From assembly GCA_044226015.1 (NCBI GenBank), contig JBGAHS010000005.1, forward strand, positions 576,001 to 640,000: a stretch of 64,000 nucleotides of DNA, read 5' to 3'. The position numbers and the translations under genes are program-made. The notes under the pieces were generated by a model. The model was not told the DNA's origin. It searched no databases and was given only the letters and a program-made list of their open reading frames with translations. This DNA is from Candidatus Obscuribacteraceae bacterium (GTDB taxonomy: Bacteria; Cyanobacteriota; Vampirovibrionia; Obscuribacterales; Obscuribacteraceae). Shown piece by piece: positions 36,138 to 45,282 of this stretch; within the stretch, counting starts at the first letter, position 1; every line of letters begins with the position of its first letter.

Positions 36138-37222
36138 TTTCGTGCTTGCTTGAATAAGTAGTGCGATACAATCCATTCTTCACCTTGTCTGTAGCCCCAG
36201 AGTTCAGCGCATGCCAGAAAGAACAAGCGCCAATATATCCACCAACGTTTTGCCTGAGCCTCGCCATAAGTGTCAGCTAGAATGGGAAGAATTCGTTCCC
36301 TGTTAGAACTCATGTTCTCAAGCCAGGCTTCTGCGGTTTTCTGATAATGCTTGCCGTTAACTTTCCAATCCTTTTCGATTTTCAAGTCCTTGTTGAAGTG
36401 AGATAACAGATCATGTGATGGCATGGTTCCGCCCGTGAAAAAGTACTTCGTGAGCCAGTCGTTCTGGTCAGAGCTGTCGAAATGGTATGGATGTTCCACG
36501 TGTGTAAAAATATGCACAAATAGCTTGCCATCAGCTTTGAGCCAGCATGAAAGTGTTTGCAATAGTCTCTCGTAGTTTTTCATGTGTTCGAACATTTCGA
36601 CCGATACTATTCTGTCGAAGCGTTCATTTTCCCCGAAGAATGACTCGGTAAGCTCGGCGACGTTCCTGGTTAGTACGGTCAGGTTCCTTATTCCTCTTAA
36701 TTCAGCTCGACGCATGATACTTTCACGCTGGCTGTTTGAATTGGAAATCGCTATAAAAGTCGAACCAGGGTATTTGGCAGCAGCGAAGAGTGAGAAAGCT
36801 CCCCAACCGCACCCGAGGTCGAGCACCCGTTGTCCGTCGTTAATTTGGGCACGCTCACACGTCTCGGCAAGCATTCTGTTTTCAGCTGAATCTAAACTGT
36901 CGTTGTCTTGCCAAAGTGCACAGCTGTATTTCATGTTAGAGCCGAGTATCATTTCATAGAAGGAAGCTGGCACCTCGTAGTGTTGTTTATTTGCTGAATC
37001 GGTAGACACTGCCACTGGTGAATGTCTCAGTTCTTCAACAAAGTCTCTTTTCCTTTGTGCCGGGTTACCGCTACCGAGTTCACGCGTCTTTTGTGCCAGC
37101 ATGTTTCGAATGCCAAGTCTCACGACGAATTCTGGCACCAAGCCTGTCGCAATAAAGTCATAGAGGGCAATATTGCTTTTTGAGTCTTCACAGTATTTTC
37201 TGTTCAATGTGCTGCTGGTCAT
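36134..37222 (-). CDS. CFA-synthase-like SAM-dependent methyltransferase (coclaurine N-methyltransferase-like clade)
   Basis: ANKQHYEVP, MKYSC, LDLGCGWG, SNSNSQR, DRIVSVEMFEHMKNY, FFTGGTMPS, WRLFFLACAELWG. Confidence 0.9.
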   Translation of the reverse strand: MTSSTLNRKYCEDSKSNIALYDFIATGLVPEFVVRLGIRNMLAQKTRELGSGNPAQRKRDFVEELRHSPVAVSTDSANKQHYEVPASFYEMILGSNMKYSCALWQDNDSLDSAENRMLAETCERAQINDGQRVLDLGCGWGAFSLFAAAKYPGSTFIAISNSNSQRESIMRRAELRGIRNLTVLTRNVAELTESFFGENERFDRIVSVEMFEHMKNYERLLQTLSCWLKADGKLFVHIFTHVEHPYHFDSSDQNDWLTKYFFTGGTMPSHDLLSHFNKDLKIEKDWKVNGKHYQKTAEAWLENMSSNRERILPILADTYGEAQAKRWWIYWRLFFLACAELWGYRQGEEWIVSHYLFKQARN

Positions 37223-38007
37223 GTTGTTCTCCTGAACCAGGGAATGAATACCGAGGTTCTTTTTTGATAGTCTGCATAATCTGATCGCGTTTTAACTGAA
37301 TGTTCTTCGGAGGGTTTAACGCCTGTTACGTTGAAGAGCAAATGTAAGAGTGTTAGAGACGAGCTCACTGAGAGGACGCCCCACGGCGAACCGAGCGCGT
37401 AAATAGTGAACGAGCTCGCAGCTAACCATTCAAAAAAGTAGTTTGGATGGCGCGAGTAGTACCATAATCCTGTTTGGCATGTTTTACCTTTGTTGGCTGT
37501 GTTTTTCGAAAATTCGGCTAATTGCTGATCTGAAATTGCTTCACACGTCATTGAAATGAGCCAGATGGATGCAGCGATCCAGTGAAGAGCATCAATTGCT
37601 TGTTCATGGTCAGTCACTACAAATGCAAATGGTGCAGACATAAGGCATAGAATGAGTCCCTGCCAGAGGAATATGACTAGCAGCTTTATGCCATTCTTGT
37701 CTTCGCCCATCTGCCTCTTCAACTCGGTGTATCTTGCGTCTTCTTCAGGATAATGGCGCAAAAATCTGTTAGTGAGATGCCAGGTGAGGCGAAGACTAGA
37801 AACTACAACCATTGTTGCCAGTAGCAGTTGCCGCCCACCAGTGTTTCCTGAACAAAGCAAGTAAAGCACAACGAGAATTGTTGACCCGAACGCCCACGAT
37901 AAATCAACGATTCCCGCATTTCGAATTCGCTGTGCAATAAACCATGTGAGAGTCATGAAACCCGCACTGCAGCCTAATCCTATTGCCAGTATCAAGAATG
38001 CATTCAT
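37219..38007 (-). CDS. DUF1295 family membrane protein (steroid 5-alpha-reductase-like)
   Basis: NAGIVDLSW, EDARY, E.ISDQQL..F, GLWYYSRHPNYFFEW, YQKRTSVFIPW. Confidence 0.9.
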   Translation of the reverse strand: MNAFLILAIGLGCSAGFMTLTWFIAQRIRNAGIVDLSWAFGSTILVVLYLLCSGNTGGRQLLLATMVVVSSLRLTWHLTNRFLRHYPEEDARYTELKRQMGEDKNGIKLLVIFLWQGLILCLMSAPFAFVVTDHEQAIDALHWIAASIWLISMTCEAISDQQLAEFSKNTANKGKTCQTGLWYYSRHPNYFFEWLAASSFTIYALGSPWGVLSVSSSLTLLHLLFNVTGVKPSEEHSVKTRSDYADYQKRTSVFIPWFRRTT

Positions 38008-39311
38008 TCAACCAGTTCCGAACTCAGCTCATAATTATTGGGACGCGAGTACAAAGACTGAACTACTGAGATGTTTCGCATATGAAAAGCTGCCTGGCAA
38101 TATTCGAAGTAATAATTCCATTTGCGCTTGAATTTGTCATCGAAGCCCATCGCTTTGATATGTTGCCACTCACGATTGAAATTTCTATCCCACAGCTTTA
38201 GAGTGGCTACATACGAGTCAGTCATGTCAAAAACATCAATTGGGAACAGGTCTCCACACTTTTGCATAGCACCTGAGACGCGGCGTAGCGAAGGAAGTAG
38301 TGAACCCGGAAAAATATGTTTTTGAATAAAGTCGACGTTGCGCTTCAAAGTTTCGTATCGCGAATCTGGGCAGGTGATCATCTGCAGGAGTACCAGACCA
38401 TGGGGTTTAAGAACTGAATCGATTGTGGAGATGTACTTGTCCATATACTCGTCACCAACAGCTTCGATCATTTCTATGGATACGACTTTATCAAAGCTAC
38501 CTTTGAGGTCTCGGTAATCGAGTAATTTCAGGTCGATGCGGTCTTCTAGCCCTGCGGCTCTCACTCTGCGTTGGGCATATTCGAGTTGCGCTTCTGATAT
38601 TGTTATTCCGGTGATACGGCACCCATATTTAGACGCTGCATGAACTGCAAATGCGCCCCATCCGCAGCCAATCTCAAGGACGTGATCCTTTGAGTTGAGC
38701 CGCAACTTCTTGCAAATGCGATCGAATTTGGCGTATTGAGCTGTTTCCAAATCCTGATTTCCTGATTCGAATAGGGCTGAGGAATAGGTCATCGAAGGGT
38801 CTAATATTTTGTTGAAAAAATTGTTTCCCAGGTCGTAGTGCTCGTATATGTTAATGCGACTGTTTTTGACTGAGTTATTTCTAGCCACGTGAGCCAGGCG
38901 ATTAAATGCACCTAGTAAATTGAATGCGATTCCAGATTTCTTTGACTCGGTCATAACAGGTGAGTTGTCTGTGTTTATGAGAAACCAGGAGATGACGTCC
39001 CTGATGCTACTAATCTGGCATAGTCCGTCCAGATAAGATTCTGCTAGCCCTAAATCTGCATAAAGCAAGCAGCGTTCAAAGAACTCATCGTTGAAAATTT
39101 CAATTGTTGGCGTTTCTTTGAATATAGATTCTGACGGTTGGGCTTGCCCAAAGACAAGTGACTCACCATCTGGAGTGATGATTCGCAGCCGATCGCGCCT
39201 TAATTGTCTTAAGAGCGAAATGATGATGCTTTTTGCCTGGCGTCTAATAAAGCTGGAAAATGCGCTTCCTGGCTGTGTCGGAATTGTGTGGTTCAGGTTT
39301 GATATCATCAT
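38004..39311 (-). CDS. Cyclopropane-fatty-acyl-phospholipid synthase family methyltransferase
   Basis: NI..HYDLGN.FF, MTYSSA, VLEIGCGWG, SIEMIEAVG, FIQKHIFPGS.LPS, W.YYFEYC.AAF. Confidence 0.9.
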   Translation of the reverse strand: MMISNLNHTIPTQPGSAFSSFIRRQAKSIIISLLRQLRRDRLRIITPDGESLVFGQAQPSESIFKETPTIEIFNDEFFERCLLYADLGLAESYLDGLCQISSIRDVISWFLINTDNSPVMTESKKSGIAFNLLGAFNRLAHVARNNSVKNSRINIYEHYDLGNNFFNKILDPSMTYSSALFESGNQDLETAQYAKFDRICKKLRLNSKDHVLEIGCGWGAFAVHAASKYGCRITGITISEAQLEYAQRRVRAAGLEDRIDLKLLDYRDLKGSFDKVVSIEMIEAVGDEYMDKYISTIDSVLKPHGLVLLQMITCPDSRYETLKRNVDFIQKHIFPGSLLPSLRRVSGAMQKCGDLFPIDVFDMTDSYVATLKLWDRNFNREWQHIKAMGFDDKFKRKWNYYFEYCQAAFHMRNISVVQSLYSRPNNYELSSELVE

Positions 39312-40349
39312 TTACTCGCTTTGAATTGGTCTTGGATTTAGAACATTCGTTTGTAATTCTGGATGCTCTTCTTTTCTATGAAAAGGTATGCGCTTAAGCC
39401 ATAAAATCGCTGCATGAAGGTGGATCAAAAAAATGACATTTATTGTGCAGAGAGGATTAGCCAGTGCAAGTTTTAAGATACTTTTATCGCTGAATTCGTG
39501 TCGCTCTCCTGCGATGTAGCCAGCCATGATGAGCTTTTGAGCGTCATCAGCTAGCTCTGTGGTGCTTATTTGAATAGCTAAGTGCTTGCCGGGAATGCCG
39601 ACCTTGAAGTCGAAGAATTGGTCCAATTCCGTAAATGGAGAGACGTAGAAATACTTTTTCTGTACATCGCAAAAGAAGTCAGCTTTTAAGTCGCGAAGAA
39701 GATACATTTTTCTCTCATGGAATGTATTCTCTACTTCGACGATGCAGCAAATTAGCTTTTGATGAGAGTCAAAGCAATAAAAGCAAGAGATGGGATTGAA
39801 CACATAGTTAAAGTTTCGAACATTGCATAGCAGAGCCACTCTTTCAATTTGCTCCTCAACTCCCTGGTCTTGCAAATAACCCCGCACTCTTTCAAGTAAG
39901 GAGCTTGGTGCCTCCTGGCTGTTTTGCCAGTCTAGGTTCTCGCTATTGCTGTTGGCTGAGACTTGGAGCTTCTCTCTGTCAATGCGATTGGCCGCTGGTT
40001 TGTTTTTACTAAGCGCTACAGGGCAGCTTTTGCCTGAGTCATTGTCGTCGTTTCGTTCTGTATTTTTTTGTTCTGTATTGTGTGGTTCTTTATTGTTTTG
40101 ATCTCTCAAGGGAAAATGATCTGATTCCAGGAAGCGAAAAATCCTTTGCTGCTCAGTGCCAAATAATGAAGTGGCTAACTCTAATTCCGACAGTTCATCC
40201 AACCAGAGGTAGAACATGAAATGAGAGAGTGAAAATTCATGCTTTTTCGGGGTGAAGCGTCGGTGTTTAATAGAACATTTGTACAGGCAGGAGTCAAATC
40301 GCCTTACCTTGTTCCTATTCCTCTCTGCTGCTGTTAAAGCCTGAATCAT
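39312..40349 (-). CDS. DUF1365 family protein
   Basis: HRRFTPKKHEF, YVFNPISCFYC, EVENTFHER, K.FYVSPF, IHLHA..LWLK. Confidence 0.85.
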   Translation of the reverse strand: MIQALTAAERNRNKVRRFDSCLYKCSIKHRRFTPKKHEFSLSHFMFYLWLDELSELELATSLFGTEQQRIFRFLESDHFPLRDQNNKEPHNTEQKNTERNDDNDSGKSCPVALSKNKPAANRIDREKLQVSANSNSENLDWQNSQEAPSSLLERVRGYLQDQGVEEQIERVALLCNVRNFNYVFNPISCFYCFDSHQKLICCIVEVENTFHERKMYLLRDLKADFFCDVQKKYFYVSPFTELDQFFDFKVGIPGKHLAIQISTTELADDAQKLIMAGYIAGERHEFSDKSILKLALANPLCTINVIFLIHLHAAILWLKRIPFHRKEEHPELQTNVLNPRPIQSE

Positions 40350-41611
40350 ACTAAAATACCAGTTTTACTCAGAATTCTAGTCACAGCTAGCGAGGAATTG
40401 AGAGCGTCTTCGTGAAAACCATAGGTGAAGTAGCTTCCGCAAAAATAGATGTTTCCACTGTTCTCATTGAGCTTATGCAGTGACTTTTGGGCTTCGACAG
40501 CTTCCAGGGTGAAGATTGGATGATGGAAGTCGAAGCTGTTCAGCACCGCAGATGGAGCAATAATATTCTGACTATTCAGCGAAACAAAATAGTCCTTTTT
40601 CTTTGACACGCCCTGCAGCGAATTCATCCAGTAGTGGGTTGTGGCAGTGTGACCGTCTTGCTCAATACGATAGTTCCATGATGACCAACAACGGTTGCAC
40701 TCAGGCATCACACTAGTGTCTGTGTGGACTATGGCATTGTTTAACTGGTATTTGAATTTTGAAAGCAATGTGTGCTCGATTTCACGTGGCTGGTCTAAAA
40801 TTGAAAGGGCTTCGTCGGCATGGCATGCAAATATCACCTTATCAAATTCAAAGTTATCGCCTTCTTTTGTGCGTATCTGCACCTTGTTGTTGGATGCCCT
40901 GCTAACTCGTTCTACTGCAGAGTGAATCTTTCTGCTGCTGTTCGGCAGTTTGCTTTCGATCTTCTTCACGTACTCGCGTGCGCCACCTTCCACCGTCCAC
41001 CACTGATGCTGAGTCTTCTGACCCAGAAAACCATGATTATGGAAAAAGCGAAGTAGGCTGTTTGCAGGAAAGTCTATGATCTTCGAGGGCGGAGTTGACC
41101 AAACCGCACTACTCATTGGAACGAGATAGAAATCTAGTAAGTCTTGACCATAACCTCTCGAAAGAACGTACTCCCTGAGAGACATCGCTTTGAATGACTC
41201 CGCATCGATGGACGGTACTGCATCTTTATTGAATTGATCAAGCGCAAAGAGCATTTTCCAGAATCGCAAATTCACTAAGTTGCGTCGGTCTGCGAACAGC
41301 CGATTGAAACTTGCGCCTGAATATTCCAGGTTGAAACGCTTTTGCTGAACACTGAAAGACATATCAGTCCTTTTTGTTGCTACATCTAGTTCTGCAAACA
41401 ATTTTGTAAGGTTTGGATATGTGACGTGGTTAAAGACCATAAAGCCTGTGTCTAATGACACAGACTTTCCATCTTCCGCAAAATCGAGAGTCCTGGTGTG
41501 ACCACCGACATAATTGTTCTTTTCGAAAATGGTTATTTCATACTGGTCCCTCAGGTAGTATGCTGCGGAGAGCCCGGCTATCCCACTACCCACTATGGCG
41601 AGTTTCTTCAT
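40346..41611 (-). CDS. FAD-dependent oxidoreductase (COG2907-type)
   Basis: AIVGSGIAGL, GGHT, DTGFMVFN..TYPN, DMSFSV, SSWNY, YWMNSLQ, YGFHEDAL; ATG 41611 overlaps the upstream stop (ATGA). Confidence 0.9.
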   Translation of the reverse strand: MKKLAIVGSGIAGLSAAYYLRDQYEITIFEKNNYVGGHTRTLDFAEDGKSVSLDTGFMVFNHVTYPNLTKLFAELDVATKRTDMSFSVQQKRFNLEYSGASFNRLFADRRNLVNLRFWKMLFALDQFNKDAVPSIDAESFKAMSLREYVLSRGYGQDLLDFYLVPMSSAVWSTPPSKIIDFPANSLLRFFHNHGFLGQKTQHQWWTVEGGAREYVKKIESKLPNSSRKIHSAVERVSRASNNKVQIRTKEGDNFEFDKVIFACHADEALSILDQPREIEHTLLSKFKYQLNNAIVHTDTSVMPECNRCWSSWNYRIEQDGHTATTHYWMNSLQGVSKKKDYFVSLNSQNIIAPSAVLNSFDFHHPIFTLEAVEAQKSLHKLNENSGNIYFCGSYFTYGFHEDALNSSLAVTRILSKTGILV

Positions 41612-42603
41612 GTTCGGTTCCTCGAATATGTCTGAACCGCCTGTGGTGCTAGCTCGGTTTGAGCATTTTCTAAAGCCTTTTGTGGAGCATGTTTGAGATC
41701 CCAAATGATGCCTAGTTTGTTTAATATCACCAGTGCATAGTAAGTAAAATCAATTTCCCACCAGTAAAAGCCCTGTCTCACACTATTTCGGTAGAAGTGA
41801 TGATTGTTGTGCCAGCCTTCACCGAGCGTGATCAAAGCACAGAGAAAATTATTTCGACTGTTGTCATTAGTCTTGTATCTTCGACTTCCCCAGAGGTGGC
41901 AGATGCTGTTGATGCTTGAAGTCGCATGAAACAGAAGAACCGTGCTGATAAAGAAACCCCAGACTAGTAATTGTGGTCCCGAAGTATGCAAGTCGGGGCG
42001 ATAAAGTTGTAGGAGCTGACCAGTCCCGAGCAACCCTACTGCCAGTAACAATGGCATAAGCCAGTCAAACCTATTCAGAAATCGCAGCTCTGGAAATTTC
42101 TCGAAGTCCTTAATCCTTGAGTAGTCGGTAGGCATGTTCTGGGAGGAAGTGATCCATCCTATATGAGCCCAGAGGAAGTCGCGCGAGATGGGGGAATGTA
42201 TATCTCCTTCTTCATCAGATTCGGCATGATGTTTGCGATGATGAGCAGCCCACCACAACGGTCCTCTCTGAACTGAACAGAGTCCAATCACCGCAAATAT
42301 GAATTGAGCGACTCGCGAAGTCTTGAATGTTCTGTGTGAGAAATAGCGATGATAAAAACCTGTGATGGCGAACATGCGCACCAAATATAGTGAAAAGCAA
42401 GTTGCCACGTCGAACCATGATACTGGCATCGCCAGAGCTGCCAGACAACTCAAATGCAAGAAAGCAAATGGTATCCATCTGTCTGGCTCAGGTTCAGGGC
42501 GTACAACCTTCTCCGGAGATTTTTTCTCAGTATCTGAATCAAGCCACGCAAAAAAGGTATTAGCCTTAGTATTCTCAGAGGCAGCTTTCATTTTATACCG
42601 CAT
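41608..42603 (-). CDS. Delta-9-type acyl-CoA/acyl-lipid desaturase
   Basis: His boxes HRYFSH, HRKHH and GEGWHNNHH. Confidence 0.9.
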   Translation of the reverse strand: MRYKMKAASENTKANTFFAWLDSDTEKKSPEKVVRPEPEPDRWIPFAFLHLSCLAALAMPVSWFDVATCFSLYLVRMFAITGFYHRYFSHRTFKTSRVAQFIFAVIGLCSVQRGPLWWAAHHRKHHAESDEEGDIHSPISRDFLWAHIGWITSSQNMPTDYSRIKDFEKFPELRFLNRFDWLMPLLLAVGLLGTGQLLQLYRPDLHTSGPQLLVWGFFISTVLLFHATSSINSICHLWGSRRYKTNDNSRNNFLCALITLGEGWHNNHHFYRNSVRQGFYWWEIDFTYYALVILNKLGIIWDLKHAPQKALENAQTELAPQAVQTYSRNRT

Positions 42604-42639
42604 AAAGGTCTCGACAATGCCAGATCATTCCAACTTTAG

Positions 42640-42731
42640 GTGAACCTTGGGTGAACGGTGTGGATTATACGCAAAGTGCACAAACGCACAGTAAGCGACT
42701 CACGTGTTGTTCACTCAGAATTTTTTACTTT
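42640..42731. promoter_or_regulatory. Back-to-back TCAC-N7-TCAC boxes in a divergent promoter region
   Basis: Plus strand TCAC-GTGTTGT-TCAC-N11-TACTTT (42700-42731) before ORF 42743; minus strand TCAC-CCAAGGT-TCAC (42654-42640) before the desaturase, without a good -10 at N11. Confidence 0.6.
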
Positions 42732-42742
42732 GATCTGAAACC

Positions 42743-44755
42743 ATGGAGACCGACAGAATGATTGATAATCCCGACTCGAGAAGTGTGAATCGCAGTTCTG
42801 CGGAAGAAAGGTTCAGTAGTCTGCACGAGGATGCGTATTCGTCGGAGAAAGGAAACGGCCTTCAATCGTCTCGAAGTGTTAGCACTGGTAAATTGGCTCA
42901 GAATGAACCGGAATTTCAAATTGAAGTTGTGCGGCATCGTCGTCCTGATAACGATGGCGAGAATCACCAGTACCGTAATTACCAGTACCGTAATTACCAG
43001 TACCGTCGTGATGATTATGATGGCGAATATAACCAGTATCGTCATCCTTATGAAAGGAGCGATAGGCATCGATTAAGTAATAGTTATGACTACAGGCAAT
43101 ATGGTGATTTGTCTGCTCCAGTAGAGAAACCTGGCTTCTTTTCAGAGGCATGGCATGCTGGTTTGCGCTCTCTTGTTCAATCACCTCTCGATAATGCTGC
43201 ACAACTTGTCGATAATACTGTGGGCAAGTTTCTTGACACCCATCTTTACGACAAAACAAAAGAATTGATTGTAGCCAACAATAAAGCAGATGTGGAAGTC
43301 GGCTCAGCGGCATGGCACGGAAGAATGGTTGGTGATGTGGTAGGAATGCTTCCGTGGATGCTTCTTGCTAATAAAGTTGTTCGTGGATCATTAGGAAGTT
43401 TCGAGGCAAGCAAAGGGCTGATCTCATCAGGCGAGGCTCTTGGACAGGCTACGTTCCGTCAGTCTTTTACTGAAGGTGCGCTAACTGGAGCCACTTATAC
43501 CGGACTATTTAGCTCTGAATCAGACAACGAGAACTTCTGGTCTTCGAAAGCAAAGCATACGGCATTAGGTGCTGGAATGATGGGAACATTTGGTGCATTC
43601 AATAACGGTATTCTGCAGCGTATGGCCGAGCGCAATTTGAGCGGCACAGCTTCAAGAATGTTTGCTGGTGCTCTGTCTGCTCTTCCGGGTGCTGCTGTTG
43701 AGACTGGGCTGGACCATATGTTGTATGAGCGCAATACTGATCTGGTATCAGATTTCAAAGTTAATCTGTATAAGGACGCTTTGATTGGGGCTGGCTTTAA
43801 TGGACTGTCTCGTTTTGAGAATGCTGCTGATAGAGTGCGCGCGGCAGAAAAAGTTGATCTTAAACCACTAGAGGCACCTACAACAATTGCAGAGATGCCT
43901 GAAGGCTCGGTTGGATGGACCCCAAGTTGGGCTTTGAAGACTGGACCAAAGAATACACTCTGGATTTCATCAGATGCGGTTGCAGGCACTGAATTCAATG
44001 CATCTCCGGCCCTCTCTAATACCCTAAGGGTTATAAGAACAGAGAATGGTGGCATTGCTGTAGATATGGCTAAGATGGCTGATCCATCACATGCAATTAC
44101 GTGGCGAAATTCATCGGACCCCAAGGGAGAAGGATTCTTGCCGGTAGGACTTGCAATGCATCCTAAGGGCGTTTTTCCATTTGAAGGAAACCAGGCTCGT
44201 TTGCCGGCTGGCTATGGTGAAAATATAAAACCGGACCTTACTCCGCGGACCTTCTCTGATTCCAGACCTGCCCCAGCAGACAGAGCCCAAAGCCCAGGTT
44301 CTTCACCGCCCTCTTCAAGTTCTGGCTGGGGACTTTTTGAACATTTTCTGTTCTGGAATTGGATTAGTGGTGGCAGTAGCCACATACATAATCAAACAAC
44401 TTATAACCTGGGCGGTACTGATTCAAGTTTCACCAGCAATTCTGATGTTGCCGGTGCTGCGCCAGGTACTGGGCTCTTCGGTGGATGGGGCGCCGATCGC
44501 AGCTGGGGTGGCGACAACGCCCAGCAAGGTACCGCCGGTGGTGATACCACTGGTCAAGGCTGGGGCGCTACGCTAGGCTGGGGCGACAGCAATGGTGCTC
44601 AAACCTTCGGAGGCGACGATGGTTATCGAAGTGGAGGCGACGATGGCTACCGAGGTGGAGGTGAGCAGCAGTTTGACCAACCTGCATACGACCCGCCAGC
44701 ATATGACCCGCCAGCGTATGATCCCGCACCAGACATCACTAGCTACGACGTCTAG
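42743..44755 (+). CDS. Hypothetical Gly-rich protein with hydrophobic Gly/Ala helices and short peptide repeats
   Basis: 670-aa ORF; YRNYQ repeats, GGDDGYR x2, AYDP x3, Gly/Trp-rich tail. Confidence 0.7.
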   Translation: METDRMIDNPDSRSVNRSSAEERFSSLHEDAYSSEKGNGLQSSRSVSTGKLAQNEPEFQIEVVRHRRPDNDGENHQYRNYQYRNYQYRRDDYDGEYNQYRHPYERSDRHRLSNSYDYRQYGDLSAPVEKPGFFSEAWHAGLRSLVQSPLDNAAQLVDNTVGKFLDTHLYDKTKELIVANNKADVEVGSAAWHGRMVGDVVGMLPWMLLANKVVRGSLGSFEASKGLISSGEALGQATFRQSFTEGALTGATYTGLFSSESDNENFWSSKAKHTALGAGMMGTFGAFNNGILQRMAERNLSGTASRMFAGALSALPGAAVETGLDHMLYERNTDLVSDFKVNLYKDALIGAGFNGLSRFENAADRVRAAEKVDLKPLEAPTTIAEMPEGSVGWTPSWALKTGPKNTLWISSDAVAGTEFNASPALSNTLRVIRTENGGIAVDMAKMADPSHAITWRNSSDPKGEGFLPVGLAMHPKGVFPFEGNQARLPAGYGENIKPDLTPRTFSDSRPAPADRAQSPGSSPPSSSSGWGLFEHFLFWNWISGGSSHIHNQTTYNLGGTDSSFTSNSDVAGAAPGTGLFGGWGADRSWGGDNAQQGTAGGDTTGQGWGATLGWGDSNGAQTFGGDDGYRSGGDDGYRGGGEQQFDQPAYDPPAYDPPAYDPAPDITSYDV

Positions 44756-45219
44756 CGGCAGAAGTTCACGCGGTGCTTTTCATAATATTTCTGATGGTAC
44801 TCTTCGGCTCGCCACCATGTGCCAGCTGGCTCTAAATATGTATGGATTGCCCGTTTGCTTCTGGTTCCGAAATCTTTCAACGCACGCTTCGCCTCTTCCT
44901 CTTGCCCTGGGCCAGAAAAAAGGATAGAAGTGCGATATTGTCCGCCTCTGTAAAAAGGGACTTCAAAACTAGGATTGTGTTGCCTTAAGAACAATAGAAC
45001 GAGTTCGTAATAGCTTGTTTTTTCGGGGTCGTAAATCACTTTTACTCCCTCGGCATGTCCGGTTCTACCTGAGCAGACCTGCTCATATGTCGGGTTTTCT
45101 GTTCTACCGCCTACATATCCAACTTCAGCTGATATGACGCCTGGCAGTTTTCCCAGTTCTTCCTCGACTCCCCAGAATCAACCTGCGGCAAAAATTGCGA
45201 AGTTCTCTGTTTTATCCAT
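44752..45219 (-). CDS. msrA: Peptide-methionine (S)-S-oxide reductase with in-frame TGA at the catalytic residue (probable selenoprotein)
   Basis: From ATG 45219 (GGAGA SD): MDKTENFAIFAAG-TGA-FWGVEE..VGYVGG..NPTYEQVCSGRTGHAE..QYRTSI..AEEYHQKY; TGA at 45180-45178. Confidence 0.85.
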
Positions 45220-45282
45220 GTTGTCTCTCCGGTCGCTTGACCTTTTGCTTTCCTTTTATTCTAGATCGAAATTGGCAGATGA

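Noticed and set aside
44752..45039. 95-aa stand-alone ORF or msrA pseudogene
   Set aside because: It is the 3' part of a full msrA whose only lesion is TGA at the catalytic codon; Sec is favoured, though a nonsense mutation remains possible
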